From Obrimoposthia wandeli (Eukaryota): 64,000 nt of DNA. The notes beneath the pieces are model-generated. The model did no database searches. It was not told where the DNA came from and saw only the letters and a program-made list of their open reading frames with translations. Positions 63,195-64,000 of the stretch are shown here, in pieces (the stretch's first letter is position 1; every line of letters begins with the position of its first letter). The position numbers and the translations under genes are program-made. Location: positions 248,001 through 312,000 of the forward strand of contig CDROCS010001674.1 in assembly GCA_977020255.1 (NCBI GenBank), in the 5' to 3' direction.

Positions 63195-63647
63195 ATGGAA
63201 ACGGTTAAGTACGAATTCAAACAGCAATATAAGAGTTCCCTTGAAGTGTCTAGAAATATTGCTGATGATGTTAAGGCGTATTGGGCTGATATTGGTTTAG
63301 GACCAGAAGTTATAGACCAAATCGAATTATGCTTAGTAGAAATGGTGAATAACGCTTACGAGCACGCTTATCACTCTGAAGATGGTTGTCCTATAGAGCT
63401 TACCTCTTATCTTAATGACAAGAATGAGTTAGTAACTGAAATCTCTGATTATGGACAATCCATGTCTAAGGATGAATTTACGAAAGCGGTTAATAATGAA
63501 TTTATAGAACCGGATCCTGATGATCCTGAAACATGGGTAACATCAGGTCGTGGTTTTATTATTGTCGTTCAGTTAACCGATAACCTTGAATATGTAAACT
63601 TAGGCGATAAAAATACATTCAGGTTATACAAAAATACGAATGGCTAA
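63195..63647 (+). CDS. RsbW/SpoIIAB-like Ser kinase (anti-sigma-factor type HATPase)
   Basis: N-box 'EMVNNAYEHA', 'ISDYG', 'SGRG'. Confidence 0.9.
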   Translation: METVKYEFKQQYKSSLEVSRNIADDVKAYWADIGLGPEVIDQIELCLVEMVNNAYEHAYHSEDGCPIELTSYLNDKNELVTEISDYGQSMSKDEFTKAVNNEFIEPDPDDPETWVTSGRGFIIVVQLTDNLEYVNLGDKNTFRLYKNTNG

Positions 63648-63664
63648 TATTTTAAAGGGGTAGT

Positions 63665-64000
63665 ATGAGAATATTATGGCTAGTAATGGTTTTATTCTCA
63701 TTATCATCTTGCGCTATAAATGATTCTAATAATAACTGGCACGTGAATACGCAAGCTTTAGATGGAACATGGCAGCTTGAGATAATTGATGAAAAGCAAA
63801 ATAACAGCAGCATTGAAAATGTTGATGTACCCAATAATTGGCACTCAGTTGGAATAGAACATGCTGGTGTTGCCTATTATCGTAGAACATTTTCTATGAG
63901 ACCTATTAATAAAGAAGCGCGCTATTGGATTGATTTCTCTGCTGTAGATTATTTTGCTGAAGTTAGTGTTAACAATAAATTGGTTGGAAGCCATGAAGGG
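63665..64000 (+). CDS. GH2-family glycoside hydrolase lipoprotein, 5' part only (runs off the window; not in ORF track)
   Basis: Hand translation MRILWLVMVLFSLSSCAIND...VPNNW...GVAYYRRTF...RYWIDFSAVDYFAEVSVNNKLVGSHEG: lipobox LSSC plus GH2 N-terminal sugar-binding motifs. Confidence 0.8.
   Translation, partial: MRILWLVMVLFSLSSCAINDSNNNWHVNTQALDGTWQLEIIDEKQNNSSIENVDVPNNWHSVGIEHAGVAYYRRTFSMRPINKEARYWIDFSAVDYFAEVSVNNKLVGSHEG

Noticed and set aside
63652-63834. 60-aa minus-strand ORF at the right edge
   Set aside because: Antisense shadow of the plus-strand GH2 lipoprotein gene starting at 63665.
1-64000. rRNA, tRNA, tmRNA, intact IS, integrase or defence systems
   Set aside because: None recognised by eye; a tRNAscan/Infernal/DefenseFinder run would be needed to exclude divergent cases.

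Overview
Chromosomal window from a Vibrionaceae genome, probably Photobacterium (inferred from protein style and gene content; AT-rich by eye). I found no rRNA, tRNA, CRISPR array or intact transposase/integrase. LEFT (0.3-14 kb): the ygiQ radical-SAM gene, then an AT-rich LacI-regulated TRAP/sugar-acid catabolic islet, then a plasticity zone. That zone holds two decayed integron cassettes (an attC cluster with no integrase), small ORFs, a pseudogene and an IS1595-like fragment. MIDDLE (14-47 kb): mostly ordinary genes: dcuC, LysR/MFS, glpABC, a diguanylate cyclase, metR-metE, a META lipoprotein, MscS, a GlyGly-CTERM trypsin protease, pstSCAB, an MCP, a NupC transporter and LysR modules. It also carries a P2-like phage portal relic and a candidate ~100-nt small-ORF transcript. 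RIGHT (47.2-64 kb, running off the window): the most interesting region, a candidate glucan-exopolysaccharide/matrix locus. It contains a GH16 glucanase, a DUF3131 protein, a DUF218-like protein, a PrtD/PrtE-type T1SS, a 1575-aa protein made almost entirely of ~137 contiguous RTX nonapeptides with a one-sided aromatic ladder, and an internally duplicated outer-membrane beta-barrel. It ends in an operon where a CugP-like UDP-glucose pyrophosphorylase sits inside a REC-PP2C/STAS/RsbW partner-switching module, followed by a GH2 lipoprotein. All family assignments come from motif recognition, not database searches, and all counts were done by hand.
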